NCBI GenBank assembly: GCA_963851265.1
Contig: CAWKNZ010000007.1
Location: 352,001 to 416,000, forward strand
DNA: 64,000 nucleotides
Reading direction: 5' to 3'
DNA from: an uncultured Gemmatimonadales bacterium
GTDB taxonomy: Bacteria > Gemmatimonadota > Gemmatimonadetes > Gemmatimonadales > Gemmatimonadaceae
Positions within the stretch are counted from its first letter, which is position 1. Every line of letters begins with the position of its first letter. The notes under the pieces are model-generated. The model saw only the letters and a program-made list of their open reading frames with translations. It did no database searches and was not told the DNA's origin. Below, piece by piece: positions 50,243 through 60,651 of the stretch. A program made the translations under genes and the position numbers.

Positions 50243-51418
50243 GTGCACTCGCCCCTCTCTAACGTCGAGATCGCGGCGCCCACGTCGGCCGCGAGCGGCG
50301 CCGCCACCACCGCGTTCCGCGTCGACGGCTCCGCGATCGTCTACCGGCTGTACGACGTCGCATACGAGATTCGCCTCGACCGCGCGCTCGACCTGCTGGC
50401 CGCGAGCGCGCCCGCGCGCGTGCGGCCGGTGCGCGGCGAGGCGCAGGCGCTCCAGATCGCCAATCCGCCGCTGACGCTCATTCTCGGACAGGAGCAGGTG
50501 CGGATTGCCGACGTCGGCGCGTGCGACGCCGAGGTGTCGGCGCGGATCTTCGATTTCGGCGTCGTCTCGCTCCGCTTGCGCTTCGACGCGCCACGCGACG
50601 TGACGTGGGCGGAGTTCGCGCGCTTCGGCACGGCGGTCGACGTCGGCACCAACCTGACGCCCATCTTCGACCACCACCTGCGACTCCTGACCGAGCGCAT
50701 CGCGCCGGCGACCGAGCGAGCGAACGTCGCCGCGCAGACCGAGGATTACGTGGTGTTCCGCGTCGACGCGCTCCGCGACGCGAGCGGCCGGCCGACGTCG
50801 CCGCAGGTGCTCGACGCCGCGACCGCCGCGCCGCTCCTGCTCGGCGAGTCGCGCCCGCTGTCGGCCGACGCGCGGCGCGAGTTGCTGCCGCACCGGTTCA
50901 GCTACTACGCCGACGACCTCGCCATCCTCACATGGGACAACGCGCTCGTCGTCGAGCCGCGCGCGAGCGACGCGGACGTGCAGTACATCCTCGAGTTCGC
51001 GAACGCCCAGCTGCTCGAGCTGCGGTACTACGACGCCGTGCTCGACGCGGAGTTGCCGGCAACCAACGACCGGATCGCGGCGGCGCGGCGCGGCGTCGCG
51101 CACCTGCTGCGCCGCGGGTACGCGCCACTGTTGCGCGAGCTGCAGGCACGCGTGACAGACTCCACCGAGCTCGTCGAGCGTGCCGAGAACGCGCTCAAGG
51201 TCACCGACGACGTGTACCTCGCGCGCGTGTATTCGGCGGCGCTCGACATCTTTCGCGCGCGTGCCTGGCGCGCGGGGATCGACCGCAAGCTCACCATCCT
51301 GCGCGACACGTACGGGATGCTGAACGCGGAGGCACAGGCCGCGCGCGGAGAGGTGCTCGAGGTGACCGTCGTCCTGCTGATCTTCATCGAGATCGTGCTC
51401 GCGGCCGTGCGGCACTAG
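50243..51418 (+). CDS. conserved hypothetical protein with a C-terminal TM helix (RMD1/DUF155-like)
   Basis: Helical body ending LEVTVVLLIFIEIV; GTG 50243 has TACCTT 6 nt upstream. Confidence 0.7.
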   Translation: MHSPLSNVEIAAPTSAASGAATTAFRVDGSAIVYRLYDVAYEIRLDRALDLLAASAPARVRPVRGEAQALQIANPPLTLILGQEQVRIADVGACDAEVSARIFDFGVVSLRLRFDAPRDVTWAEFARFGTAVDVGTNLTPIFDHHLRLLTERIAPATERANVAAQTEDYVVFRVDALRDASGRPTSPQVLDAATAAPLLLGESRPLSADARRELLPHRFSYYADDLAILTWDNALVVEPRASDADVQYILEFANAQLLELRYYDAVLDAELPATNDRIAAARRGVAHLLRRGYAPLLRELQARVTDSTELVERAENALKVTDDVYLARVYSAALDIFRARAWRAGIDRKLTILRDTYGMLNAEAQAARGEVLEVTVVLLIFIEIVLAAVRH

Positions 51419-51583
51419 CGCAGCCCGAACGGCCGAGCGGCAGCCGTACGCCGGGACGGGCCAGTTCAGCCCCGCCGGCGCGACGGTGGCGGGGTCCTCG
51501 GCGGTCGGGGCACCGTGCAAAGACTTTGCACGGCGGTGGCGGGCGCGCGGGCGCCGGGCCGGGCAGGCGTTAGGTTCCGGCGG

Positions 51584-51994
51584 ATGACCGGAGCGACCGT
51601 TGCCCAGACCGTGAACCTCGGCCTTCACCTACCGGCCGCGGTTCTCCGTTGGTGGGTCGCCCCGTGGCCGACCGTCCCGACCACGCGCGACGAGGCGTTA
51701 CAGGCGGCGGTTGGCGTCGGGGGGGCGTTGCTCGTGCTGTACGCGGGCTGGGCGCACACCGCGCACCGCGCGACGGTAACGCAGGTGCGCGGCGTCGCGT
51801 CCGCCGGTGTCGGCTTCCTGTTGAGTGCGTACGCGTCGTCCGCGCTCCGCGGACACCCCGTGCTCGGGCCCGCGGTGTCGATGGTGGGAGTCGCACTCGT
51901 CTTCCGGGCGAGCGTGGCGCTCGTACGGGAGCGCCACGACGCACGCGCCCACACCGAACGCGACGCGCGCGGCGGCGGACCGCCCAAGCCGTGA
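51584..51994 (+). CDS. hypothetical membrane protein
   Basis: Three hydrophobic segments; ATG has TAGGTT 7 nt upstream. Confidence 0.6.
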   Translation: MTGATVAQTVNLGLHLPAAVLRWWVAPWPTVPTTRDEALQAAVGVGGALLVLYAGWAHTAHRATVTQVRGVASAGVGFLLSAYASSALRGHPVLGPAVSMVGVALVFRASVALVRERHDARAHTERDARGGGPPKP

Positions 51995-52001
51995 GCGGAG
52001 C

Positions 52002-52367
52002 GTGACCACCTGGTCGATCGTGGGCGCACCGGCCAGCGCGCCGAAGGCACCCGCGCCGGTGATGGACGGCTACCGACACCACGTGCTCGTCTGCACCGGG
52101 GCGTACTGTGCCCCGGACCGGCGCGGGCGCGAGCTCTACGCGCTGCTCGCCCGGCTGCTGCAGCGCGAGGGGCTTCTGTTCGGCCCCGACCGCGTCAAGC
52201 GGGGCGAGACGCCGTGTCTGGGCGTCTGCACCGGCGGGCCGATCGTCGTCGTCTACCCCGAAGGCGTGTGGTACGCCGGCGTGACGCCCGCACTGCTGGA
52301 GCGGATCGTGGTCGAACACCTCAAGGGCGGGCGGGTGGTCGCGGAGGCGGTCTTCCACCGACTCTGA
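52002..52367 (+). CDS. thioredoxin-like [2Fe-2S] ferredoxin
   Basis: [36 protein letters not shown]. The start may be the ATG near 52062. Confidence 0.88.
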   Translation: MTTWSIVGAPASAPKAPAPVMDGYRHHVLVCTGAYCAPDRRGRELYALLARLLQREGLLFGPDRVKRGETPCLGVCTGGPIVVVYPEGVWYAGVTPALLERIVVEHLKGGRVVAEAVFHRL

Positions 52368-52385
52368 GGGCCGCCGGGGGCGGGC

Positions 52386-52685
52386 CTAACGTGCGCGGCG
52401 GCGCAGCTCGTCCTGGAGTGCCCGGAGGTGACGCGGCCACACGTGCCGCGCGAGGTGGAGGAAGTTGCGCCGCGCGTCGGGCTCGGCGGTCAGGAACTCG
52501 GCGACGCCGCGGTGCCCCTTGCGCGTGTTGCAGGCCCCACACGCCGTCACTAGGTTGCCGCCCGACCGGTCGCCCCCCTTCACGCGCGGCTGGACGTGGT
52601 CGACGCTGAGCTGCTCGACGGGGAACTCGCCGCCGCAGTAGACACACCGGTGACCGTCGCGGGCGAACACTTCCTCGCGCCTCAT
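52386..52685 (-). CDS. small HNH endonuclease
   Basis: RDGHRCVYCG..DHVQPRVKGG..NLVTACGACNTRKG. Confidence 0.88.
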   Translation of the reverse strand: MRREEVFARDGHRCVYCGGEFPVEQLSVDHVQPRVKGGDRSGGNLVTACGACNTRKGHRGVAEFLTAEPDARRNFLHLARHVWPRHLRALQDELRRRAR

Positions 52686-52892
52686 CCGCTTTTCACCCCG
52701 CGCCGAGCGCCGCGATCCGCGATGCCGCCCCTCTTCGACCCGCGCCGCGCCATCCTCGGCGCCGCGCGCCGACTCGTCGACCCCGACGAGGCCGCGCCCG
52801 CGCCCGGCGACCAGCCGCCGCGCCTCACGGCGCAGGCGATCGGCGCATCACCGGGTCCCACGCCCGGTGCTCCACCTTCTGCCTCTCCGCGC

Positions 52893-53075
52893 ATGTCTCG
52901 CTCCCGCGACAAGATCCTGACCAACCTCGACGAGATGTACCGCGAGGCGTTCGAGCGCGCCAAGGCCGCCGGCGACGCGCAGCAGATGACGACGCTCGAT
53001 TTCGCCTACCGGCGCGAGCAGCTGTACTTCGAGATCCTGCTCGACGTGCGCGACGCGGTCGAGCGGCGCGGCTGA
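52893..53075 (+). CDS. small hypothetical helical protein (60 aa; alternative start at 52722)
   Basis: MSRSRDKILTNLDEMYREAF..., with strong coding-like composition. Confidence 0.65.
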   Translation: MSRSRDKILTNLDEMYREAFERAKAAGDAQQMTTLDFAYRREQLYFEILLDVRDAVERRG

Positions 53076-53095
53076 ACGCCGGTGCCGGCCGCGCC

Positions 53096-53455
53096 GTGAT
53101 GCCCGGCCCGATCACGCTCGCCGTCGTGAACGCCCGGGTGCATACCGGCGACCCGCGCCGACCCTGGGCCGACGCGGTCGTCGTGCGCGGCGACCGGCTC
53201 GCGTTCGTCGGCTCGGCCGCCGAAGCGCGGAAGCTCACGCGCGAGGCGCCCGAGGCGCGCGTCGTCGACGTCGGCGGCCGGTTCCTGACGGCCCCCGCGG
53301 ACGCGCCCGGCGTGCTGCGTGCAGGCGAGCCCGCCGACTTCGTCGTCGTCGACCGGGACCTCTCGCGGACCGACGCGGCGGCCGCCGGCGACGCGCAGGT
53401 CATCCTCGCGGTTCGCGGCGGCCGCGTCGTCGGCGACGCCGGCGCTCTACGTTAG
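53096..53455 (+). CDS. amidohydrolase beta-sandwich-only protein (no catalytic barrel)
   Basis: N-terminal NARVHTGD..AVVVRGDRLAFVG..VVDVGGR joined directly to C-terminal GVLRAGEPADFVVVDRD..VRGGRVV. Confidence 0.7.
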   Translation: MMPGPITLAVVNARVHTGDPRRPWADAVVVRGDRLAFVGSAAEARKLTREAPEARVVDVGGRFLTAPADAPGVLRAGEPADFVVVDRDLSRTDAAAAGDAQVILAVRGGRVVGDAGALR

Positions 53456-53488
53456 GCATCCGCCCCGCCCACCCCAGCGCCCGCTCCG

Positions 53489-54031
53489 ATGTCGACTGCC
53501 GGATCGCCCCTGCTCGACGCCCCGCCATCCGCCGACGGCGCGGAGTTCCTGCCCTACTACGGCGCCTACATCGCGCTGGTGCCGCGCGGCAACGTGCTCG
53601 ACACGCTCGACGCGCAGCTCGCCGACACCGTCGCCGTGGTCGACGCGATCGGCGAGGCGCGCGCCGGGCACCGCTACGCCGCGGGGAAGTGGAGCGTGCG
53701 GGAACTCGTCGGGCACGCGGTGGACACCGAGCGGATCTTCACGTACCGGGCGCTCGCCGCCGCCCGCGGCGAGACGCACCCGCTCCCCGCGTTCGACGAG
53801 AACGCCTACGTGGCGAACGCCGGGTTCGACGGGCGGGCGCTCGGCTCACTGCTCGGCGAGTGGACGGCGGTCCGGCGCGCCACGCTCTCGCTGTTCCGCA
53901 ACCTCGACGACGCGGCGCTCGCGCGTCGCGTCGTGGCCAACGGCGCGCCGATGTCGGCGCGCGCGGCGGCGTGGATCATCGCGGGGCACGAGCTACACCA
54001 CCGCGAGATCCTGCGCAGCCGCTACGAGTAG
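53489..54031 (+). CDS. DinB family protein
   Basis: YAAGKWSVRELVGH..DTERIFTYRAL..AGHELHH. Confidence 0.85.
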   Translation: MSTAGSPLLDAPPSADGAEFLPYYGAYIALVPRGNVLDTLDAQLADTVAVVDAIGEARAGHRYAAGKWSVRELVGHAVDTERIFTYRALAAARGETHPLPAFDENAYVANAGFDGRALGSLLGEWTAVRRATLSLFRNLDDAALARRVVANGAPMSARAAAWIIAGHELHHREILRSRYE

Positions 54032-54061
54032 CGGTTACGAGAGGCGCGCCGACCGCGCGCG

Positions 54062-54370
54062 TCATCCCCAGCGCACCGGCAGGTTGCCGCGCCGGATATC
54101 GCGCGCACCGGCCGACACGCCGAGTCCGACGGCCACGGCGAAGCAGACCGCCGAGCCCGCGCCGACGAACGGGAGGACCAGCGCGGCGAGCATGCCGATC
54201 GCGAGCGCGCCCGCGGCCGCGATCCACGGCGCGGTGCCGCGCTGGACCGCGTCGACGAAGCGCAGGCGGTCGCGCACGAAGCGGCGACTGACGACGTAGC
54301 CCGCGGCCACCGCCACGAGCGTCAGGACGAAGGCCACGAACGAGAGCGTGGCAAAGAGCGCGTGCAACAT
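54062..54370 (-). CDS. hypothetical membrane protein
   Basis: Three hydrophobic segments; GGAGG upstream of ATG 54370. Confidence 0.7.
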   Translation of the reverse strand: MLHALFATLSFVAFVLTLVAVAAGYVVSRRFVRDRLRFVDAVQRGTAPWIAAAGALAIGMLAALVLPFVGAGSAVCFAVAVGLGVSAGARDIRRGNLPVRWG

Positions 54371-54446
54371 GCAATTCCCTCCGGTTGCCCACCTTACCGC
54401 TCGGGACCGCGGGAAGTTTCGCGGCACCGGCGTGTTACTGTCCCGC

Positions 54447-55547
54447 ATGGCTGACGCCGCCCCGCTTCCGCATCAGCGCCCGCCGGCCGATCCGGCCGTG
54501 GGCGCCGCCACTCCCGCACCCGCCACGTCTCCCGCCCCGGCGAGCGCGCCCGGCGCGCGGGCGCGTCGGGCGCGGCTCACCACGCCGACGATCGACGACG
54601 ATCTCGGGTTCGGCGCGGTCGTCGCGCGCGAGAGCCGGCGGCGCCTGCTCAACGTCGACGGCTCGTTCAACGTCGCGCGTGAAGGGCTCGGGCCGCTCGA
54701 CCGACTCGCGCCGTACCATACCGCGCTCATCATGCCGTGGCCGCGCTTCCTCTCCTACTTCACGGTGGGGTATGTGGCGGTGAACCTGCTGTTCGCGCTC
54801 GCGTACTGGCTGTGCGGGCCGGACGCCCTCGTCGACGGCGGCCACACGCTCGACGGAAACGCGTTCGTGCGGGCGTTCTTCTTCAGCGTCGAAACCTTCG
54901 CGACGATCGGCTACGGCTCGATCGCGCCTGCCGGCATCGCGGCGAACACGCTCGTCACGGTCGAGGCGCTCGTGAGCATCCTGTCGGTGGCGCTGGTGAC
55001 GGGCCTCGTCTTCGCCCGCTTCTCGCGGCCGACCGCGCGCATCCGATTCAGCCGGCGCGCGCTGCTCGCGCCGTTCGGCGACGGCACCGCGTTCATGTTC
55101 CGCCTCGTGAACGAGCGACGCACGGAGCTGGTGCAACTGGAGGCCCGGGTGCTCTTCGCGCGCTTCGTCGAGCAGGACGGGCGCCGGATCCGGCGCTTCG
55201 ACGAACTCGCGCTCGAACGGCAGAGCGTGGTGTTCTTTCCGCTCGCGTGGACCATCGTGCACCCGATCGGGCCGGAGAGCCCGCTCGCCGGATTGGACCG
55301 CGCGACGATGAACGAGATCGAGGCCGAATTCCTGGTGCTCCTGTCGGGCATCGACGAGACGAACGCGCAGGTCGTGCACGCGCGCACCTCGTACAAGCCT
55401 GACGAGATCGTCGCCGGCGCGAAGTTCGGCGACCTGTTCAACCCGACGCGTCCGGACGGGACGCTCTCGATCGACGTGTCGCGCCTGGACGACGTGCAGT
55501 CCGCGACGATACCTGGCGCCGTGAACGCCGTGCCGAACGCCGGATAG
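54447..55547 (+). CDS. inward-rectifier potassium channel (KirBac-like)
   Basis: AFFFSVETFATIGYG filter, ARFSRP, WTIVHPI..SPL, SY..EI. Confidence 0.92.
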   Translation: MADAAPLPHQRPPADPAVGAATPAPATSPAPASAPGARARRARLTTPTIDDDLGFGAVVARESRRRLLNVDGSFNVAREGLGPLDRLAPYHTALIMPWPRFLSYFTVGYVAVNLLFALAYWLCGPDALVDGGHTLDGNAFVRAFFFSVETFATIGYGSIAPAGIAANTLVTVEALVSILSVALVTGLVFARFSRPTARIRFSRRALLAPFGDGTAFMFRLVNERRTELVQLEARVLFARFVEQDGRRIRRFDELALERQSVVFFPLAWTIVHPIGPESPLAGLDRATMNEIEAEFLVLLSGIDETNAQVVHARTSYKPDEIVAGAKFGDLFNPTRPDGTLSIDVSRLDDVQSATIPGAVNAVPNAG

Positions 55548-55695
55548 CGCGGGCGCGTCAGGCGCCGCACGTCGACACGGCGATCATCTCGTGGCGGGAC
55601 GGATGTAGGGGTCCGACGTGCGTGGCGTGTCTCGCACGAAATGCCGCGTGCGCGACCGCGCGCGGCGCTCCGTCCCCCTGCGCCCCGCTCCTCTC

Positions 55696-56961
55696 ATGGC
55701 TCCCCGCCGCGTCCTCGCCGCCGGTGCTTGCGGCGCCCTCGTCCTATCCGCACCCGCCGCGCGCGCGCAATCGCCGGTCGTGCTGGAAGGCTTCGCCGCA
55801 CGAACTGACCAGTCATCCGCCCCGGTGTTCGGCGGCCTCGCCCTCGGCGCGTACACCGGCCCGTTCGGACTGCGAGTGAGCGGATCGCTCAACACCGCGC
55901 ACGACGCGACCGCGAGGCCGCAGGCGTACGACTACGGCGGGTACGGCTGCCACCGCGGGCGGTGCGTCGACGCGTACGGCAACGGCGGTGGACCGTCGCT
56001 GCACGTGGCCGCCTGGACGGCCGACGCTGACCTCCTGTTCGAGCCCCTGCGCACGTTCGGCGTCGGCCGCGCACTGCTGCTCGGATTCTCGCCGTACGCG
56101 TTCGGCGGGATCGGCTACTACGCGACACGCCCGGCCGCGGGCGTCGACACGGGGCTCACCACGCTCAATTACGGCGTCGGCGTGCGCCACGAGCTGCTCG
56201 GCTGGCTCGGCGTGACGGGCGAGGCGCGCTTCCGGCGTGCGCTTCGTGGCGACACGGCGGCGCTCAACTTCAACCGGCACAACGCCCAGTTCCGCGTCGG
56301 CCTGACGGTGAGTTTCGGCGGAGGCCACGCCGCGCGCGCCGCGGCGACCGCGGTGCCTGGCCGCGGCGTGGTGACCAACGGCGCCGGCCGACCGGCTGCG
56401 GCCGTGCCGATGACCCCGGGCGCCTCGATGGCCGCGGTGCCTTCGCGTATCGTCCCGCGCGTCCTCGACCTCGGCGACGGGCTGGTCAACGTCCCGTACC
56501 TCACCGGCGGGACCACTCCGGCCGACGGGTTCGACGCGGCCGGCTTCGTCCAGTACGTGTTCGGGCGCGAAGGGGTGGAGCTGCCGCGGACCGTGCGGCA
56601 GCTGGCACAGTCGGGAATGACGGTGTCGACGCGCGGCGGCGACCTGCGGCCGGGCGATCTGCTGTTCTTCGCCAACGACGGCAGCACGCCCGATCACGTG
56701 GCCATCTACGTCGGCCATAACCGCGTGCTGCACGCGACGGCGAGTGGCGGGGCCGTGCGCTACGACGTGCTCGGCGAGGGGGCGCGCGGCGCCTGGTTCG
56801 CCTCGCACCTCGTCGCCGCGCGGCGCGTGGTGGACGGCGGATCGGCCGCGGATCGCATGCCGAGTGACGGGGACGGCGCGCCACCGGGGTCGGGCGCGGC
56901 GGACGACGCGACGGGCCAGCCCGACCGCGCCCCACAGCCGACGAGCGGAGGCGCGCGCTGA
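55696..56961 (+). CDS. outer-membrane beta-barrel-like domain fused to an NlpC/P60 domain lacking the catalytic Cys
   Basis: SPYAFGGIGY, NYGVGVR and FRVGLTVSF strands; PYLTGG..GFDAAGFVQYVF..LPRT..PGDLLFF..HVAIYVG..LHA. Confidence 0.8.
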   Translation: MAPRRVLAAGACGALVLSAPAARAQSPVVLEGFAARTDQSSAPVFGGLALGAYTGPFGLRVSGSLNTAHDATARPQAYDYGGYGCHRGRCVDAYGNGGGPSLHVAAWTADADLLFEPLRTFGVGRALLLGFSPYAFGGIGYYATRPAAGVDTGLTTLNYGVGVRHELLGWLGVTGEARFRRALRGDTAALNFNRHNAQFRVGLTVSFGGGHAARAAATAVPGRGVVTNGAGRPAAAVPMTPGASMAAVPSRIVPRVLDLGDGLVNVPYLTGGTTPADGFDAAGFVQYVFGREGVELPRTVRQLAQSGMTVSTRGGDLRPGDLLFFANDGSTPDHVAIYVGHNRVLHATASGGAVRYDVLGEGARGAWFASHLVAARRVVDGGSAADRMPSDGDGAPPGSGAADDATGQPDRAPQPTSGGAR

Positions 56962-56963
56962 GC

Positions 56964-58112
56964 ATGCGCCATCGCCTCGCGTGCCTCGCCTCGTTCGCAC
57001 GGCCGGCGCTGCTCGGCACGGTCGTGTTCGCGGCCGCAGTTCCGGCACGGCGCCTCGCGGCGCAGCAGTCGGTCGCGGCGGTACCGCCCGTGGGAACCGC
57101 CGATGCCCGCACTCCGCTCGGCGTGTCGGTGAGCGCGTCCGGCGGCAGCCGCGACACGCTCGGCCTTCTGGTCGTCTCGGTCACCCCCGAGAGCCCGGCC
57201 GACCGGGCGGGCATCTCGGAAGGCAATCGTCTGGCCGCGATCAACGGCGTGTCGCTCCGCCTCGCGCCGTCCGACGTCGGTCAGGCGGGGTCGGGTGACG
57301 CACTCGTGCGGCGCCTCGACGAGGAGATCCAAACGGCCCGCCCGGGCGAGCCGTTGGTCCTGCTCGTGCTCGGGGGCGGCCGCCGCCAGTTGGTCACGAT
57401 CCCGACTAACGGTTCGCCGACCAGCGCGGCGGCCCCTGCCTCCGCGCCTGCCGCCGTCGTCACGGCGTCACCCGCCGATGCCGCGCCGGCCGTCACGCCG
57501 ACCGTCGTGACCCCGCCCGTCGCCCCGTCCATCGTGTCGGCGGTCATCCCGGGTGCGGTCGCTCCGGCCGCGCGCGCACCGGTCGCCGCGTCGGCGGCTG
57601 CGTCCCCGTCCGACGCCGCGCGATCGGCGCTCGCACCCGTCGACTCCGAACGCGCGGCGTCGCTCGGCGGACTGATCGAGCGCATGGGCGAACTGCAGCA
57701 GCAGTTGCATCGACTCGCGCGCGACGAACGCTCGCTCGCGATGGCCGACTCGCTCTCCGACGCGGAGGAAGACCTCGCCGCCCTGCGCCACCGGCTACGC
57801 GGCGCCGAGGCGCGGCTGGCGCGGGCGGATTCCGCTCGCGACGACTCGGCGCGCGCCGGCGGCCTGCCCGGACTTCGCCTCGCGCCCGTGAACGAGGAGC
57901 TCGCCGCCTACTTCGGAAGCGGGAGCGCGCGCGGGCTGCTGGTCGTGCAGGCCAGCGCCGAGTGGGACCCGGTTCGCAGCGGGGACGTCGTATTGCGTGT
58001 GGATGGCGCGCCGGCGACCGTGGAGCGGCTGCGCGTCGCGTTCGACCCGCACCGGCGCAGCACCATCGAACTGCTGCGGCGCCGGCGCGCGCTCACGGTC
58101 ACCCTACACTGA
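56964..58112 (+). CDS. exported PDZ-domain protein (PDZ, linker/coiled coil, PDZ)
   Basis: VVSVTPESPADRAGI..LAAINGV; second unit GLLVVQ..SGDVVLRVDG. Confidence 0.75.
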   Translation: MRHRLACLASFARPALLGTVVFAAAVPARRLAAQQSVAAVPPVGTADARTPLGVSVSASGGSRDTLGLLVVSVTPESPADRAGISEGNRLAAINGVSLRLAPSDVGQAGSGDALVRRLDEEIQTARPGEPLVLLVLGGGRRQLVTIPTNGSPTSAAAPASAPAAVVTASPADAAPAVTPTVVTPPVAPSIVSAVIPGAVAPAARAPVAASAAASPSDAARSALAPVDSERAASLGGLIERMGELQQQLHRLARDERSLAMADSLSDAEEDLAALRHRLRGAEARLARADSARDDSARAGGLPGLRLAPVNEELAAYFGSGSARGLLVVQASAEWDPVRSGDVVLRVDGAPATVERLRVAFDPHRRSTIELLRRRRALTVTLH

Positions 58113-58168
58113 CGAGCGCACGGGCGGGCTCCCGCAGACGCGGGGGCCGCCCGTGCACGCGACGACGC

Positions 58169-60322
58169 TCAGTACGCGAGCACCTCGGTGACCGCGCGCT
58201 TGAACGTCTCGACCTGCGGCAGGATTGCGTCCTCGAGCGAGGGCGCGTAGCCGACGAACGTGTCGGTGCTGGCGACGCGTTTGACCGGCGCGTCGAGCCA
58301 CGCGAAGCAGTCGTCGGCGATGCGCGCGGCGATCTCGGCGCCATAGCCCCAGGAGATCGAATCCTCGTAGCCGACGATCACGCGCGACGTCTTCTTCACG
58401 CTCGCGTACACCGCCTCGCGGTCCCACGGCGCGAGCGTGCGCAGGTCGATGACCTCGACGTTCACGCCGCTTTCCTCGGCCAGCTGGTTGGCCGCGGCGA
58501 GGGCGCGCTGCACCGTCGCGCCGTAGGTCACGATCGTCGCGTCGGTGCCCTCGCGCACCGTGCGCGCCTTGCCGAACGGGATCATGAAGTTGGGCCCCGC
58601 GTACCGCCCCTTGTTGTACGTCTGGCGGTAGAGGTGCTTGTGCTCGAGGAAGATCACGGGGTCGTCGCAGCGGATGCTCGTGCGCAGCAGCCCGGCCGCG
58701 TCGAGCGCGGTGCTGGGGCAGACGACGCGGAGTCCCGGGCAGTGCGTGAACAACGACGCGCCGGTCTGCGAGTGGTAGATCGCGCCGCGGATGTAGCCGC
58801 CGTACGTCGTGCGCACGACGACCGGCGCCGCGAACGCGTTGTTGGACCGCCAGCGCATCGTCGCGAGTTCGTCGCGCAGCTGCATGTAGGCCGTCCAGAT
58901 GTAGTCGAAGAACTGGATCTCGACGACCGGCTTGAAGCCGCGGTGCGCGAGCCCGATCGCCCGCCCGATTATGTTGGCCTCGGCGAGCGGGCTGTTATAG
59001 ACGCGGGCCGACCCGAATTCGGTCTGCAGGCCGTGCGTCGCCTTGAACACGCCCCCCTTGCCCTTGACCTTCCCGAGGTGCTGCTCGCGGCTCACGTCGG
59101 CGACGTCCTCGCCGAACACGAGGATTCGCTCGTTGCGGCGCATCTCGTCCCGGAGCACCGCGTTGATGCTGTCGATCATCGTGACGTCGCCGCCCGAGAG
59201 CTGCGGGTCGTCTTCCGTGTCGAACTGCTCGCCCGTCGGGTCGACGTCGGGGGAGTAGACGAAGTCGTAGACCGTGTCGGCGGCCGGCTGCGGCTGTGCG
59301 AGCGCGTCGTCGGTGGCGGCCAGGATCTCCGCGTCGACGTCGGCGGCGATCGCGTCGAGCTGGTCGTGCGTCGCGTGACCGCTGGCGACGAGCCACGCCG
59401 GGAAGGTCGTCAGCGGGTCGCGCCGGGCGTCCTCGTCGCGCTCCTCCTGCGGGCGGTAGAGCGTCTCGTCGTCGGAGAGCGAGTGCGAGTACGGGCGGAT
59501 CACCTTCGCGTGCACGAGCGCGGGGCCGCGGCGTGCGCGCGCGTGCGCGACCGCGCGCGACACCGCCTCGTAGCTCGCCAGGAGGTCGCAGCCGTCGACG
59601 CGCTCGATGTGCAGGTCGGGGAAGTTCTCGACGAGGTCCGAGATCGAGCCGCCCGCCGTGTTCACCTCGACCGGGACCGAAATGGCGTAGCCGTTGTCCT
59701 CGACGAAGTAGACGACCGGCAGCTTGAGGTTGCTGGCCGTGTTCATCGACTCCCAGAACTCGCCCTGGCTCGTCGTCCCGTCGCCGGTCGAGACGAACAC
59801 CACCTCGTCGCCGTGGAAGCCCTCCGCGATACCGAGCAGTCGCGCGCGGAGGGACCCTTCGGCGGCGCCGACCCCTTGCAGGAACTGCGTGCCCGTGGGC
59901 GAGGAGGAGCTGGCGATGTTCAGCGCCTTGTGCCCCCAGTGCGACGGCATCTGTCGGCCGCCCGAGCTCGGGTCGGCGGCGGCGCCGACGGCCGAGTACA
60001 GCATGTCGCGGGCGGTCATCCCGAGCGCGAGGCAGAGGGCGCGGTCGCGGTAGTAGGTGTAGAACCAGTCGTACCCCGCCTTGAGGACGAGGCCCGCCGC
60101 GGTGAGGATCGCCTCGTGCCCCGCGCCCGAGATCTGGAAGAAGATCTTGTTCTGCCGCTTCAGCTGGACCTCCTTGTCGTCGAGCCGGCGCGACAGGAGC
60201 ATCGTGCGGTAGGCGGCAAGGAGCTGATCGCGGCTCAGAGGCGTCGCGGCGCCCTTCGGCGCTGCCGCTGGGGCCGCGGCGGCGGAGGCGGGCCTGCGGG
60301 TCGGGCGGGTGCTGGTGGCCAT
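58169..60322 (-). CDS. fused alpha/beta E1 subunit of a 2-oxoacid (probably branched-chain) dehydrogenase
   Basis: [22 protein letters not shown] motif; beta half [23 protein letters not shown]. Confidence 0.92.
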   Translation of the reverse strand: MATSTRPTRRPASAAAAPAAAPKGAATPLSRDQLLAAYRTMLLSRRLDDKEVQLKRQNKIFFQISGAGHEAILTAAGLVLKAGYDWFYTYYRDRALCLALGMTARDMLYSAVGAAADPSSGGRQMPSHWGHKALNIASSSSPTGTQFLQGVGAAEGSLRARLLGIAEGFHGDEVVFVSTGDGTTSQGEFWESMNTASNLKLPVVYFVEDNGYAISVPVEVNTAGGSISDLVENFPDLHIERVDGCDLLASYEAVSRAVAHARARRGPALVHAKVIRPYSHSLSDDETLYRPQEERDEDARRDPLTTFPAWLVASGHATHDQLDAIAADVDAEILAATDDALAQPQPAADTVYDFVYSPDVDPTGEQFDTEDDPQLSGGDVTMIDSINAVLRDEMRRNERILVFGEDVADVSREQHLGKVKGKGGVFKATHGLQTEFGSARVYNSPLAEANIIGRAIGLAHRGFKPVVEIQFFDYIWTAYMQLRDELATMRWRSNNAFAAPVVVRTTYGGYIRGAIYHSQTGASLFTHCPGLRVVCPSTALDAAGLLRTSIRCDDPVIFLEHKHLYRQTYNKGRYAGPNFMIPFGKARTVREGTDATIVTYGATVQRALAAANQLAEESGVNVEVIDLRTLAPWDREAVYASVKKTSRVIVGYEDSISWGYGAEIAARIADDCFAWLDAPVKRVASTDTFVGYAPSLEDAILPQVETFKRAVTEVLAY

Positions 60323-60539
60323 ACTTCGGATGCGGGACGGGTGCGAAACGCGCCACGGCAAGATAGGGGGCGGCCCCCGTACGGCGGGATGGGCGCGCGT
60401 CCGCCAGCGCGGCGGCGACCGCTCGGTCCGGTATGGCGGCGTCTGGCAGGCGTAGTAGTCCTGCTACACAAAACGTCTGCAGCCGACCGAATTGCCGGGC
60501 CCGCGCGGCCCGGACGGGCGATGCAGGGACGAGACGCGT

Positions 60540-60565
60540 CCGGATGTGCTTGACATCACATCCGG
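60540..60565. promoter_or_regulatory. palindromic operator (CRP/FNR-like) with TTGACA at its centre
   Basis: CCGGATGTG-cttgacat-CACATCCGG, a perfect 9-bp inverted repeat; core TGTGC-N6-TCACA. Confidence 0.55.
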
Positions 60566-60651
60566 CGCGCCGGAGTATGGGACCCTCGCCGCCCCCACCG
60601 TGCGTCGGTCACGCGGGCCGCACCCGGTCCCCATCACCGAGGGTTCTCGAC

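Noticed and set aside
52386..52685. HNH gene as a homing endonuclease or defence-island marker
   Set aside because: No intron, methyltransferase, integrase or defence genes nearby.
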